From the human T2T-CHM13v2.0 reference genome, Homo sapiens: a DNA stretch of 64,000 bases. Position 1 is the first letter of the stretch. Each line of letters starts with the position of its first letter. Positions 13,080-27,736 of this stretch are shown here, piece by piece. The translations under genes and the position numbers were made by a program. Below the pieces are notes generated by a model. It saw only the letters and a list, made by a program, of their open reading frames with translations. It was not told the origin of the DNA and did no database searches. The DNA lies in NCBI RefSeq assembly GCF_009914755.1, contig NC_060934.1; one strand, 5' to 3'.

Positions 13080-14160
13080 AGGGGGCGGCTATAAAACGAG
13101 TCATTGAGGTGGGAGGGAACCTGGAAATTGGGACCTCACGCACCATATTTCCCGCGCTCTCCCCTGGGACGTGCCGTCCCTGCTGCAGTCGCAGCGTGGC
13201 GCCCTGGCTCCACGCAGGGATCCTGAGCCAATGGCGGAAGCGGAGTGCGCGGCGAGGTCGCAGTTGCGTTTCTCGCACTCCCCACTGCGGGGAGCCCGTG
13301 GGCCCCGCACTGCAGGGAAGCTGCCGGCCCAGGTCTCCTGGGTGGCAAGAAGACGCCTGTGGTGTGGAAGAACCTCGCCCGCAGCCCAGCACGTGTAGAA
13401 TCCAGATGTGGCTTCTGCTGGAGCCACGTGTTCCGGCCTGAGCGACGTCGCACGTGGCCTCCTGGCCGCAGAGCCCATGGCGCGGGGGGCCACTCTTCTG
13501 ACGCAAGGGTCTGTGGGGCCGCGCAAGAGCCTGGGGCCCCCGACCTTCCGCCGACTGGCCGTGGGCTGGCCGCAGCCCAGCTCGGCTCTGTCTCGAGTTC
13601 CTTCGCTGTTCAAAGCAGAGTGGCGGCCACGTTCGGGGGCACTGGGGCGAGGGGTCGGGCGTCGGACGGGGCCCTGGGTCTGTACCGTTTCGGGCTCGCC
13701 GGAGGGGCTGCAGGCAGGGCGGGTTTCGGGTTCCACCGCCAGAATAATTCGGCAGTTCTGGATGGGGCCCAGGAATTTGTATTTGTGACCAGTTTCCCAG
13801 GTGAGTCTGAGGTCCGTGGTCCTCTGACCTCGTTTAGGGATGAGATCTAGTCCTCAGAGCCCGGGGCGGGGCTGCCGAGGACACCGGCTTGCTCTTCAGG
13901 CAGCTCTGGCCCGGGTGGCGGGAGGAGGCGGCCGGGGCTGGGATCCGGGCGCACCCTGGAAGCTCCAGATGGGCGTTGGAGACCTAGGGCGAGATGAACC
14001 GAGGACCGTCCATGTGTGTGGGTGCCGCTCAGGAGCGGGGAGGTGGGGGTGTGGGTGGACGGGCGTGTTGAGGGTGATGGATTGCTGCAGGGAGTGGACT
14101 CAGCCTACTGGGAGGAGTGGGAGAGGGGAAAGAACTGGAGGAACGGCGGAGTCCGTTGGC
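13080..14160. promoter_or_regulatory. CpG island with promoter-like motif cluster
   Basis: CpG-dense. GC box then TATAAAA at 13090, TTTCCCGC (E2F) at 13148, CCAAT at 13228 overlapping ATGGCGGAAG (YY1/ETS), and CACGTG at 13390, 13425 and 13451. Confidence 0.85.
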
Positions 14161-14394
14161 CTTTTCTTGGAGAGCTGGAGATGGAGGTTGGTTCTGTCCT
14201 GATGGGGGCAGGAGGACGGGTAATGGAGGCTGCCATGCTCAGTGAAGCCCCATGGGGGCAGCCATGCTTTGTGGTTTGTGGTGAGGCACTGAGCCCCAGG
14301 ATACTGACTATTCCCTTTTTTGGAGAAAGAGGGGAAGAGGATGCTCCTTAAGAGCTTCTAGGGGAACGTTTCTGCCTCCAGGGGGTTTAGGTGA

Positions 14395-14398
<4 letters not shown>

Positions 14399-14448
<50 letters not shown>
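14399..14448 (+). repeat. (TG)25 microsatellite
   Basis: Perfect dinucleotide run. Confidence 0.98.
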
Positions 14449-14450
<2 letters not shown>

Positions 14451-15038
14451 GGTTAGCATATTGGAGATTTTCAAGGGAGTTCGTCTCCAGGACACTTCCC
14501 TCACCCCTACATCCACACACAGTATCTTATGATCCTCTTGGTTTCTCTTGGGCCTCAACTCCCCAAAAGGGGGGCACTCTTGTCAGCAGCTCACAAACAT
14601 GTGGATATCTGCTAACTGAAGACACTCTGAAGACTTTCCCAGAGGAACGTTATAGAAGGAACCCTCAAATTCCAAATCCTTGAATATTGGAGCTGGAAGA
14701 GAACTTACAAACCATCTGATGCTGTCTTCCCCAGCTTGGTCTTGGAGAGTAGACACCTTAAGTGAAGGCCGAGCTTCGTAAGCCTCTGAGGATCCCAGTA
14801 CCTGGTGTGGAGACAGGACTTGTGCATTGCCTAGAGAAGGGAGAGACACAGCAGAGTCAAGCGGTGGGTGGTGAGCTTTGATGGTGAACACCTGGGAGCT
14901 CAGAGGTGGGTAGGAGCCTATAAAAGAAGGCCCCTTGAAGGAGGGAAGCTAGAGCTGCATCTTTAAATGGGGAAAATTTATCTTTTGTGTTTTTCCCCCT
15001 GATTATGAATTTATGAAAATGAAGAAAAAATATATTGG

Positions 15039-16300
<1,262 letters not shown>

Positions 16301-16769
16301 TGAAGAATTTGTTTGGGAGTCAAAGGAGCAATCTAGGCGTGTGATGTACTGCCTGGTAGGGCGGAGGTGCAGTGCAGCTGGGCTGGGATTTGCCTTGGGT
16401 GAAGCTGATGCTGCATCTTGGGGCAGGATGGAGTAAGCAAGCCATGGTCTGACCTGATTACAAATGATAGGCTCAGTGCCAGGCTGAGGGGCCTAGGGGC
16501 CAGGACACGATGAGGACAGTGAGGGGCCTCCCTGGGGAAGGGAGGGACAACTGCCAGAGCCTGGCCCAGGAGGGCCCGATAGACGAGTATGGGCAGCCAT
16601 GCAGTGTGTGGGGTCAAGAGCCTGGACCCTGGACTCAAGAGCCTGAGTTCAAATGTGAGGCATTGTCATTGTCATGATTTTTAAGTATCTGAGGTAGGCT
16701 ATGAGTGGAGGGAAGGACAGGAGGAGGTACAGAAAGGGAGTGCTTGCTTCATGCCAAGGAGTGTTCTAT

Positions 16770-17155
16770 ATTCACGAGTCCTTTCTAAACCACCGCGAAC
16801 TAGGTACTGTTTTATCATTTTACAAATTAGGAAATTGAGGTTCAGAGAAGGGAAGTAACTTGGCCAAGGTCACACAGCCAGTTGGTGACAGTTGGTTTTC
16901 GAAAGGCTTTTTTTCTGTTGCTTTGATAACAGTCCCTTCTGAGAAGTGGTTCCAAAGTCTGACTTTCTGCTATGCCTTTTCATCAGCTACTTACTAGGTA
17001 GGTGACCTTGGGCAAGTTACTTAATTTCTCCCTCAATTTTCTCATCTGAAAAACAGGAATAATAGTAACACTATCTCATAGGGTTGTAATGATAATGAAT
17101 GAATATATGTAGAAGATTTGAAAAAAAAACAGTGTCTAGTACATAGAAAGTGCTG
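16770..17155. mobile_element. Two MIR fragments in opposite orientation (- then +)
   Basis: GAAATTGAGGTTCAGAGAAGGGAAGTAACTTGGCCAAGGTCAC (-), then GTGACCTTGGGCAAGTTACTTAA (+). Confidence 0.85.
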
Positions 17156-17338
17156 CTTAAGAGGGTGCTGCCATTGCCAGCATCCTCCTCCTCCTCCTCC
17201 TTCTCCTCCTCATCATCATCACTCCTTACAGCCTCCAGCCAGAAGCTAAGGACTTACAGGCAGGTGAAAGAAAGTCCTGAGGCATATTAGTCATTTAGAG
17301 AAGGTCCCATGGGGAAAGGCAAGAGAGTAGCATCCAAC

Positions 17339-17490
17339 CAGTGGTTCTCAACAAGGGACATTTTTGCTGTAACAGTGTCCTGGAGGAACTACTGACTTTT
17401 TTTGTGGGGGTAGGGAGAGGGAGCAATGGGGTGGGGCAGCAGGGAATTACTGACTTTTGGTGGCAGGAGCCAGGAGTGTTAAAAGTGGCC
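17339..17490 (+). mobile_element. MER20-like hAT fragment
   Basis: CAGTGGTTCTCAAC terminal motif and GGCAGGAGCCAGGAGTGTTAAA. Confidence 0.5.
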
Positions 17491-19408
17491 ATTCATACCC
17501 AGTTGAGAGTGTGGAGAAGTTCAGCTGGAAAGGGTGCTTGGGATTTAACTCCTCAGAAGAGTTGCAGCTCCAGCTATTGGAGCAGCTGGAAAAGGTATGG
17601 AAATGAGCTTGGAGGTCTGTGAGGGGCTGGAAAGAATCAGACTTAGGAGGGGGCAAGGCTTCCTGGAGGGGAGGGTGGGGGTGAGGCAGGCTGAGGGATC
17701 TGGACAGTAAGCAGGGGCAATGGAGAGCCATGGGGTTCTGGATGAGGGACATGATGTATTTGGGGAGATCACTCATGCAGCCAGGGAAGAGGTTGGGTTA
17801 GAGAGGGATAAAAAGGGGGCCCATTTGGGGATTGGGAACAACCCCTAAGGCGGTAAAGACACCTGGGCTGGTCTGGGGTTTGGGGTTGGAGCATGCAGAT
17901 AAAAGACCACACTGAGGCACATTTGAAGGAAAACTCCGTGTGAAGATGAAGGAGTGGTGAGTGGGCTGGGCTGGCCCTAGCAGGTGCATGACCTGGGAAG
18001 GAATTCTGGGAGAGATGGGCTGGTCGGGGACTCAAGGTGATCACAGTGAATTTCAGGTGATGCTGGGGAGTCTGGGAGCTGTCTAGTGAGGGGCTAGTGA
18101 TGCCAGTTGGAAGTTAGGACTGAAGTACCAATTTGGGAGTCATTTTTCCACATCTATTGACACTCAATACACATATAAAATAGGGCCCCTTGGAGGGTCA
18201 TTCCTATGGGGTTGCTAGTTGAATTTGAAGTCTTGCTTGCAGACGAATTTGTCATAGGAAAAAGCGGAGGGGTAAAGCACTGGAAACCTGCATCCTAAGC
18301 CTGGCTGGGCCCCTTCTGCATAGCGAGGGAGTGAGGAGAGAGCTGCTGGGAGAGTCAGCGAGAGGTTGGAGAACTAGGAGAGGGCATTGCCAGCGCTGCC
18401 GGCTGCAGGGAACAGGCCTAGGAGCTGGCAGAGTAGCAGGGTGGAAGCCAGGAACAGTGGAGCTGCTGAGGGTGAAGATGACTCAGGGGCGGGAGGAATT
18501 TGGGAGTTCAAGGAGAGTGGACCGAGCCGTGGTTCAGGAGGCAAGTTGAAGAGGGTGTGTACATGAGAGCGGGGCGGTGGTGGGGTGCGGAAACACTGAG
18601 GCCTGCAGAGGGGAAGGGAGCAGGAGAAGAGCGTTTCCCTGAACTAGGGTTCACAGGGAACCACCCCCAACCTCAGCCAACCTCAGGTCCAAAGTAGTGG
18701 ATTTCTCCAGGCTCTATTCTCTGACTTCCACCTCCCCGCAACACACACACTTGACCCCCAATTTGAGGCTATTTCCTCTGCCCTGGCCTCAAGGAACATG
18801 GAGAAAAATAGCCTGTGTCCTCACTCATCTGGCTCCAGGGGATTCCCTGCCTCCTCTGCCCTCAGCATTCCCTTCCCTAGGAGAAAGCTCTGCTCCCGTA
18901 AGGTGACCTGACTTTAGAGTTTTTCCTATTTGCCATCCTCAGTGCATATGGGCTTTCAAACAGTGTGTGGGCCACCCTGCATCTCCCACTTCCCCCAGTC
19001 ATCATCTGCCACTGCTGTTCAGGCCCAACTAGGCTTTTCTTGGCTGTTGCTTTGATCACAGTCCCTTCTGAGAAGTGGCGCCCCGACTCCCTCCCCCACC
19101 AGCTCCCTGGTCTCTTTGAGTCTGTCACCGGAGTTAGGAATCTGCATGGGATGTTGAAAACTCCTCTCCTCTAGGAATCCTCCTCCAATTGGGCTCATTC
19201 AATTCTTATTGCTCCTTTCCTCGGTTGAGTCTGCAGATATGGAGTCCACTTAGATAACTTTGCAGATAAAAAGCAGCTCGTGCTCTGCTATCTGACTGGG
19301 AACCATTTTTGCCTCTATTGCATTGTAATATTCTGTAAGGGAACAAGAGCTCACCTAGTCCAGGAGTTTCCAAGGATATTTTTAACCTTAGAACCTTCAA
19401 TTCTGAAT

Positions 19409-19410
<2 letters not shown>

Positions 19411-19482
<72 letters not shown>
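19411..19482 (+). repeat. Compound (CA)n(GA)n microsatellite
   Basis: Read directly from the sequence. Confidence 0.97.
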
Positions 19483-19487
<5 letters not shown>

Positions 19488-19769
19488 CAGAAATACGTTG
19501 GCTGAAATTTACCCTTGCTCTAACCTTTACCCATAGCAGCCCTAGACACTCCTGAGAACCCTTAGAGCTCCACGGAGCACATTCTGAAAGCCCAATTTCT
19601 TCACTTACAGATGAGAAAGGCCCAGAGAAGTGAAGGGACTCTCCCAAGGTCACACAGCAGGAGCAAAAACTCAGGATTCCCCCAATTCCCAATTCTAGCA
19701 TTCTAGGACTTATTAACATCCAGCCAAGCTCTCCCTCTAGTGTTTTTTAAAAATGTAATTTGTGTTTTT

Positions 19770-20290
19770 CATTCATTCACACAGCAGATATTTACTGAGC
19801 ACCTACTATGTGCCCAGTACACAGTCTGCCCTTAAGACTATTAGGTACAAGTCCTAGGAGTCAATGGGAAGCAAAAACAGACACTGTCTGCCCTCATAGG
19901 GCTTTCAGTCTAGTGGTAGGGACTGAAAAACTTCATGTGTGAGAAGTGCCACAAAGGAGAGATCAATGGTATGATAAAGAGGGCTCATTAATGGGGGATT
20001 TAACTTAGTTAGAAAGTAACCCACAGCTGAAAGCTAAAGGTAAACTAGGAGAAGAGAGAAGAGTGTTCCAACAGATCCAGCAGCAGCACATGCAAAGCCC
20101 CTGTGGCAGCAGGGAGTGAGATGGGGTGAAGGGGTGAGAGAAGGCTGGTGTGGCTGGAGCTCCAGGAGCCATGGCCAGATGGGCAGGCAGGGGCCACATA
20201 CCAGATGGGCTGCGCAGGCTGTTAAGTAGTGCTGGGGCTTTATTCTAGGATTAGATTTGTGTTTCAAAAAGATGTCTCCAGTTGCAAAGG
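19770..20290 (-). mobile_element. L2 3' end
   Basis: CATTCATTCA...TTTACTGAGCACCTACTATGTGCC and CATGCAAAGCCCCTGTGGCAG. Confidence 0.85.
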
Positions 20291-21479
20291 GTAACTGAAT
20301 GCCCTGTCCCCAACCCTGACGGAGGTGGGTTCCTTTCATTCCGTCTCCTTCTTTTGGTCTGCTTCTCTGACTAGTCGCGTTCTGCTTGGGACATTCTTAG
20401 CAGGGCTTGTTTCCACTTTTTGTGCTGTATCTATTTCAGCTGTAAGGTACATATGTGTGAATCTTAGTCTGTGAATGTATTGCCACTGTATCATTCAATA
20501 AATATTAAGTTATTAAGTGCCGCTATGAAGCAGATACTGTCAAATTATCATTATGGGCAACGAACATCATGAGTGATTGTGTGTCTGTGTGTGCAACGTT
20601 GGTGAATTGTGTCGTGTGTGAATGTGTTAATCATGTGCTCTAAGTGACTGACCACATGGGTAGCTGTGTTCTTGTATGGTTGTTGGTGTAAGTCTGTTGT
20701 AGGTGTCATTATGTGTGACTGTCATAGTGGGTTTTGTGTGTGACTTGATATGACAGCATCACGTGGCTGAGGTGATGTGTGGTTGTGTGTGTTACTGTGC
20801 AGTGTGAATGTACGACTGTCAGCATGTGTGCCCTGACCGGGTGACACTTGGTGGGTGTGAAGCGTCTGTGGGTGGCACCGGAGACCCCATCTCCTGCTGT
20901 AAATCCGGAGCTGAATGAGCTCCCCCCAGACTGTTGGGGGCGCTCTTCATGGCCCCTGGGATGATTAATGCAGGCAGTGGAGCCTCTCTGCATGGGATGT
21001 TGGAGATCAGGAACCTCCCCCGCAGAGCTAGAGGGGAGATGCGGGCAACCTGGGGGGCCAGGGCTGGCCAGACGGGGCCAGATTAATAAAGAGGGACTTG
21101 GGGGAGGGAAGGCCAGGGCGGGCGGCTGCGGCGGGAGGCGGCCGAGATGAAAGTGTCCCGGCTGGCGGGCAGGCAGGTGGCCTCTCCTGGCCCTGTCAGC
21201 ACTTTTTAATGTCCCCTTGGTTAGAATGTGTGGGAGGAGTGGGGCGAGGGAAGCAAGAGCTCACCTTTCCCAGGCCCTGGAGGAGCGGGCCGGGTCAGCT
21301 GCTAGAAGTGGGTTTTTTTGGTGGGGCGAGAGGCACGCGTAGGTGTAACTGAGAGGAAGAGCCTGGGCCATGCCACCTCCCTCTCCCACTAAAACGTCAC
21401 CTTAGCTCAGTCTGTCTTGGACAGGCAGGATAGGGCAGCAGCTGGGGAAACAGAAAAGCAGAACGAACGTAGAAAGGGA

Positions 21480-21578
21480 TGGCTGTGTGTGTGTGTGTAT
21501 TACTGTCCAGGGTGTGGACTGGACGTGCGTAAATTAATGCATGTGAGGCCGAGTGCCTAAGAATGTGTGAGCAAGGCA

Positions 21579-21613
<35 letters not shown>

Positions 21614-22380
21614 TGTGTATTCAGCTCTCTGTGTGTGGGAATTTAAATGGTAAAGCAAGAGACTGGGCCCTGGCTTGGCCTGCTGTTCATGTTCGACTTC
21701 GGGTAGGGCCTTTATCCGCCCTGTGCTGTGTTGCTTGTCTCTAAGTCGAGATAAGGGTGTCTGTTTCACAGGATGAGTGTGAGTCTTCAGTCGGTGGAAA
21801 TGTCTGACTGTAAGTCTCTAAGTATGCAATGTCGTTGTTAATAATTGAATGCGGGTGTGTTGGGTGACTGTGTGTGATGATGTGGATGTGTCTGGGGGCC
21901 TGGGGCTCTTTGTGGGTCAGTCACAGTGGGTGTCTGGGTGAGAGGACAAGGCTGTTAGTGTGAGCTCTGTCTGCTGTGAGTCCATCGTGAGTGGACAGGT
22001 GTGTAGATGTGTGTTTGGCAGTTGTATTGAATTATGTGGATGTATTGGTGTGGATCCGGAAGTGGTGAGTGTCTTTGTGTGCTTGTGAATGTCTGTGTCC
22101 TTATCATTGTGTGTAACTATTTGCACTGGATTCCTTTGTGTCTCTTGGGGTACATCTGAGTTGCCCTGGAGACTGAGATGGAGTGTGTGCTGGCTCTGTG
22201 GGGGGTGTGTGGGGATGGGGTTGGTGTGTCTTTGTGCCCTGTGTGTGTCCCAACATGAGTGTGACTGAATGTGCCTTTGTCTCAGTGTTGTGAGTGTGAT
22301 GGCATGTGTGGTGCCTTGGTGTGGCTGTGTGTGGCTGTGTGTGACTGTGTGTGACAGCGTGTGTGTGCGTGTGTGTGTTT
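21480..22380 (+). repeat. Degenerate TG-rich low-complexity tract (a similar tract lies at 20560-20870)
   Basis: About 900 bp of interrupted GT repeats. Confidence 0.8.
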
Positions 22381-23203
22381 GGTGAGCGGCTCTGCTGCCT
22401 TAAGCACCTTTCGAATACATTGGCCACAGCTCATTGAATCCTTTAACAATCTGACTCTGCTCTTCCTTCCCCGTTTTTTCTAATTCAGTTCCTCTTATTA
22501 CAAAAATAAAAAATAAAGCGCTGCCCCTTTCCAGTGGCTGGCCCTACGGAGCCCCCGCCTCGGGACCAGCCTCGTTTCACTCCATTTCGGAGAAAACGGG
22601 AAATCGGTAATTTTAAAAAATATTTTCTACTTTATTTGGGATTTAATGTTCTTACAGAATCCTGCTGCTTCCCTCTGCCCCCCGACCCATCCACCCCCAG
22701 CCCCGCATGCAAGAGGCGTAATGGCCCGTTCAGCATATTAGGGGAGCTGAGCGCGCGTGTGTGTGCACACTTGGATAAAAACACACAGAGACCCGCAGCA
22801 GACACACATACAAATACACAGCAGCTCAAACGTATACTCAGACACGAACTCAAGCACTCTACCCTTATGCCACTCAATATTCACACTGAAACACCATACA
22901 AAGACAGAGACCCATTCCCAGATACTCCAAAGGGAAAGAGAACCAGGAGCACTGTCAGAGGAGAACCTCTGGAGACATGAAGGAGGCAGGTGGTCAGAGA
23001 TAGGAGGAAGGAGAGAGACATGTTCACGGTGAGAGACAGTTTGGAAGCAACTTCTATGCTGTAAAGGAATGTGAATTGAGTAGTCCGGGGGAATGAGTCG
23101 GGAGGTTGATCCCTGGGCCAGGTGTGCCCCATTTTGTACAAGGGAACACTGTATGGTCAAGAAATGATTACTCAAGGTCATGCAGGGAGTCGAGAAGACG
23201 TGG

Positions 23204-23853
<650 letters not shown>

Positions 23854-24429
23854 TCAGGGCACTAAACACTGTGTGTATGTGTGTGTTTTTGTGTGTGTAA
23901 GATGTGCTTTTGAACGACGCTGGCTTAAGTGCCATCCACATACTAGGATCAACAATTGTTTGCAGAGGCTGGCAGTACCTGACGCGGCAGTGTATGTCTG
24001 CAAATGTATATTTGAGGACTTGTGTGTGCACACGCATGGGGGGGATCATGCTTGTCCTATTCACTTCCGTATCCCCATCACTTAACAAAGGGCTCGGCAC
24101 ATAGTACTCAATCAATATTTATCCAAGCATGAATGAATGAATAGAAACCCTCAGGGATCTCAGGTATAGGAGGGCCTGATCACTGGTAGAGACCGTGGCA
24201 GCTCAGCCTCTGGGTGGGGCCTGGGAAGGTGAGACATAGTAACTCTGGCCAACTTGCTGCCATCGCTGTTGCTATGAGGGGCCCTGTGGTCTGTGCTCTG
24301 TCTAAGGTAATGAGTTTCATGAGTTATTTCAGACCATTCTGTGTGGCGGGCATGGGGAGGGGGAAGGAAACAAAAGACCTGTCCACTTGTTAAACATGGG
24401 ACAGGTAAGGGAGAGAAGGGCAGTAGTAG

Positions 24430-24662
24430 ACGGAAACTCAAGATGGATAGATAGCGACAGATAGGCATACTGACGAAAGACACCAACTGGTGGATATATT
24501 TATTTCTAGATAGACCAAAAGACAAATAGAGACATAGATAAATAGATGTACAGATAGACACACAGACTGACATGAATAGGCAGGCAGGCAGACAGTCCTG
24601 AGGAGTGACTGAGAGATAGACCAACAGACAGGCAGACAAATCAATAGACAGACAGATGGACA
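24430..24662 (+). repeat. Degenerate GATA/GACA tetranucleotide tract
   Basis: Repeating ATAG, ACAG and GCAG units. Confidence 0.8.
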
Positions 24663-24699
24663 GCTGGTTGCACAGAGAAGATGGATGCGTAGCTCAGGA

Positions 24700-25630
24700 C
24701 ACAGAATGGAGCCAGCTCTGCTGATGGCCTACCCCACAGCCAGGCCCCACATTCCATCGTTCTTTGTTAAGGAACCCACTTTCGTGGGTTTGAAGTCCAA
24801 TGCTTTGGAGAAAGTTAAACACTTCACTTGTCCAACAGGTGACTCTTAATTGTTCTAGGAAAATCATGGTAACTCCATTCATCTTGGATGGATGATTTGG
24901 GAATGGACATATGATACAACTTTTTTTTTTTTTTATACAAACTTTTGCTCTCGTTGCTCAGGCTGTAGTGCAATGGTGCGATCTTGGCTTACCGCAACCT
25001 CTGCCTCCCGGGTTCAAGTGATTCTCCTGCCTCAGCCTCCTGAGTAGCTGGGATTACAGGCATGCACCACCACACCCAGCTAATTTTGTATTTTTAGTAG
25101 AAACACGGTTTCTCCATGTTGGTCAGGCTGGTCTTGAACTCCCGACCTCAGGTGATCCACCTGCCTCGGCCTCCCAAAGTGCTGGGATTACAGATGTGAG
25201 CCAGCATGCCTGGCCTATGATACAATTCTGACCATCGATATGTGGGAGGTAGTCTATTACGAAGCTTTTGGGAAATTTTACTGCAGTCTTAAAAAAGGAT
25301 AGATGGAAGGGATGTGCCCCTTTCCTCCTTCTGGATTCTCGCTTTGCTATGTGAAGATGTAATGTGTTGGGTTGCTCCAGCCTTTTTGACACCCTGAGGT
25401 TCAGCCTGAGTTCAAAAGCTGACATGCCAAGGATGACAGAGAAGAGATGTGAAAGGAATCTAGGTGCTGGTGATGCCATGGGGCCACATTAATCAGAGAG
25501 ATAAACAGGTAAACTGAGGAGCTGACAGTTGGAAAGATCATCAGACTCTGAGCCCCTGATGTTTATGTTTAGCACCTGTTACATACTTGTTTGTATTGAC
25601 TATGTGATTTTCTAGTTTGGGAAAAACATT
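24700..25630 (+). mobile_element. MLT1-type MaLR LTR interrupted by an AluSp (24921-25215, minus strand)
   Basis: GGATGACAGAGAAGAGATGTGAAAGGAATCTAGG matches MLT1J/K-like sequence. Alu TSD is TATGATACAA. Confidence 0.7.
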
Positions 25631-26054
25631 CTGCCTCTGTCTCTGTCCCTTCCTCCCTCTCCCCTCTCTCTGCCCCCTTCTCTCCCTCTTCCCCTCTATT
25701 TTCCTTTTCCCTCTCCCCTACCCTCCCTCTCTGCCTCCTCCTCCCCCATCTACCTGCTTCTGTCTCTAAGAGTCCCCATACGCATGGCTCAGCTCTGCCT
25801 CCCATAGTAAGGCATTTACTTGTGTGTCACAGGCTGCCTCTGAGCAGGGCCTGGGTTTGGGATGATGAGGGGAGAGGCTGGGAACCATGGGAAGGCAGAG
25901 TACCTCCTTCCACCCCCTACCCCATGCCCGGCGAGCTCAAGCAGTCTTTCCCCCAAATCCATCAACTTAGTCCTGGCCTAGGGTTCTTTTCCTGACCACC
26001 CCCTCTTCCTTCCTGCCAGGATTCCAAGGACCTGGGGTTATACCTCTGAAGTAA

Positions 26055-26429
<375 letters not shown>

Positions 26430-27736
26430 TGATGGCAAACAGATGGCCGCAAGGGCAGGGAGGACCACCAACCCCCCACAAAAAAACTTGGCTCTCCCCG
26501 TTTTTGTGTTCATCTCAGTTGTTGGCCACTTTATGAATCTCTGAGTCTCTCAATTCAACAAATAAATATCAAGCTTTTACTCTGTACAAGGCACTGGCTG
26601 GTGCCATGGGAGACAAATGAGAAATAAGACACATTCCTCTTCTGGAGGAATCTTCTCTTTTTCTTCTTCCCTTTGTATGTATCTCTCTTTGGGTGTTTCT
26701 GTCTTTCTCTTAGTCAAATGATCAAGAAATATTCATAGGATAGGCACTGTACGCCATGTATTTGGGCTTGCTTTCCTCCTCTAACTCCGCCCTCTCTCCA
26801 TGCCATCAGCATTTTCCCTGCACTGTCCATCTCCAGGTCCCACTTACACTGCAGCAAGATGATGAGAGTTACGTGCTTTCCGAGAACACGAAACCCCGAG
26901 GGACCGATGACTCTTTGATGGTCCCCTTCTCCTTTCACCCAGGATAATCAATCTGTCAGGGGACCAGGGGAATGTAGGAGATGACTTCACAAGCATGCAG
27001 GCAAAGGGTGACCCCAGGATATATTCCTCCTGGCTGTTATGGCTTCCCTCCTCATCTTTGCCCCCCCATCTCCTGTTGCCTAGCTATTCTTTCTGAAGCA
27101 TTATTCCAAGCAAGTGCCCCACTGGCAAAGATGGTTCAGTGTGGCATTCCAAGCTCTGCACCATATGGGCCCAACTCACCCCTTCCAATTCCACTACTCC
27201 CACCCCCCACAAGACCTTCAAGACTGGCCACCTTCCCTGACAGCCAGCAGTTTCCTGCTTCACCACCATTCACATTATATTAATACAGCTTTTAAAGCCA
27301 CGTTTAGAAGTCACCTGTTCCAAGAAGTCTTCCTTGATGCCCCTACAAGAGGCTCCAACTCAGACCCACAGGCACCAAACACGCCCTTTTATGCATGCAT
27401 ACTGACCTGCCGGCAACCAAGGTTGACATCAGTACCAACAAGTTCATGGCCATGTCTTGTGCTTTCCACCCTGCCCTGGTCAGAGTTCGAGGCTCCTCCG
27501 GGCTCGTGGACAGCTCACCCCCAAGACTCTTTCATATTCTGAGTTCCACACTCCCCTGGGCCCCAGTGTGTCCAAGCAAGCCCTGGAGTGTCCTTTGGGT
27601 CATGGCCCCAACCTGTTCCCTCAACCTTCTTCATTACCTGCCTAGACAGTGGCATCTTCCTTCCTCCCCTGCCCTGCCCTTCATCCTCCTCCTCCTCAAC
27701 ATCAACAAGTTTCCTTATAACCTACTATGTGCAGGG

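Noticed and set aside
13231-13245. ATGGCGGAAGCGGAG (MAEAE) resembling the start of known genes such as TMEM222
   Set aside because: The similarity ends after five codons and is better explained as a YY1/ETS motif.
13072-14351. Overlapping 100-211 aa ORFs on both strands of the CpG island
   Set aside because: GC-rich DNA is poor in stop codons. The products are Arg/Gly/Pro/Ala-rich with no recognisable domain.
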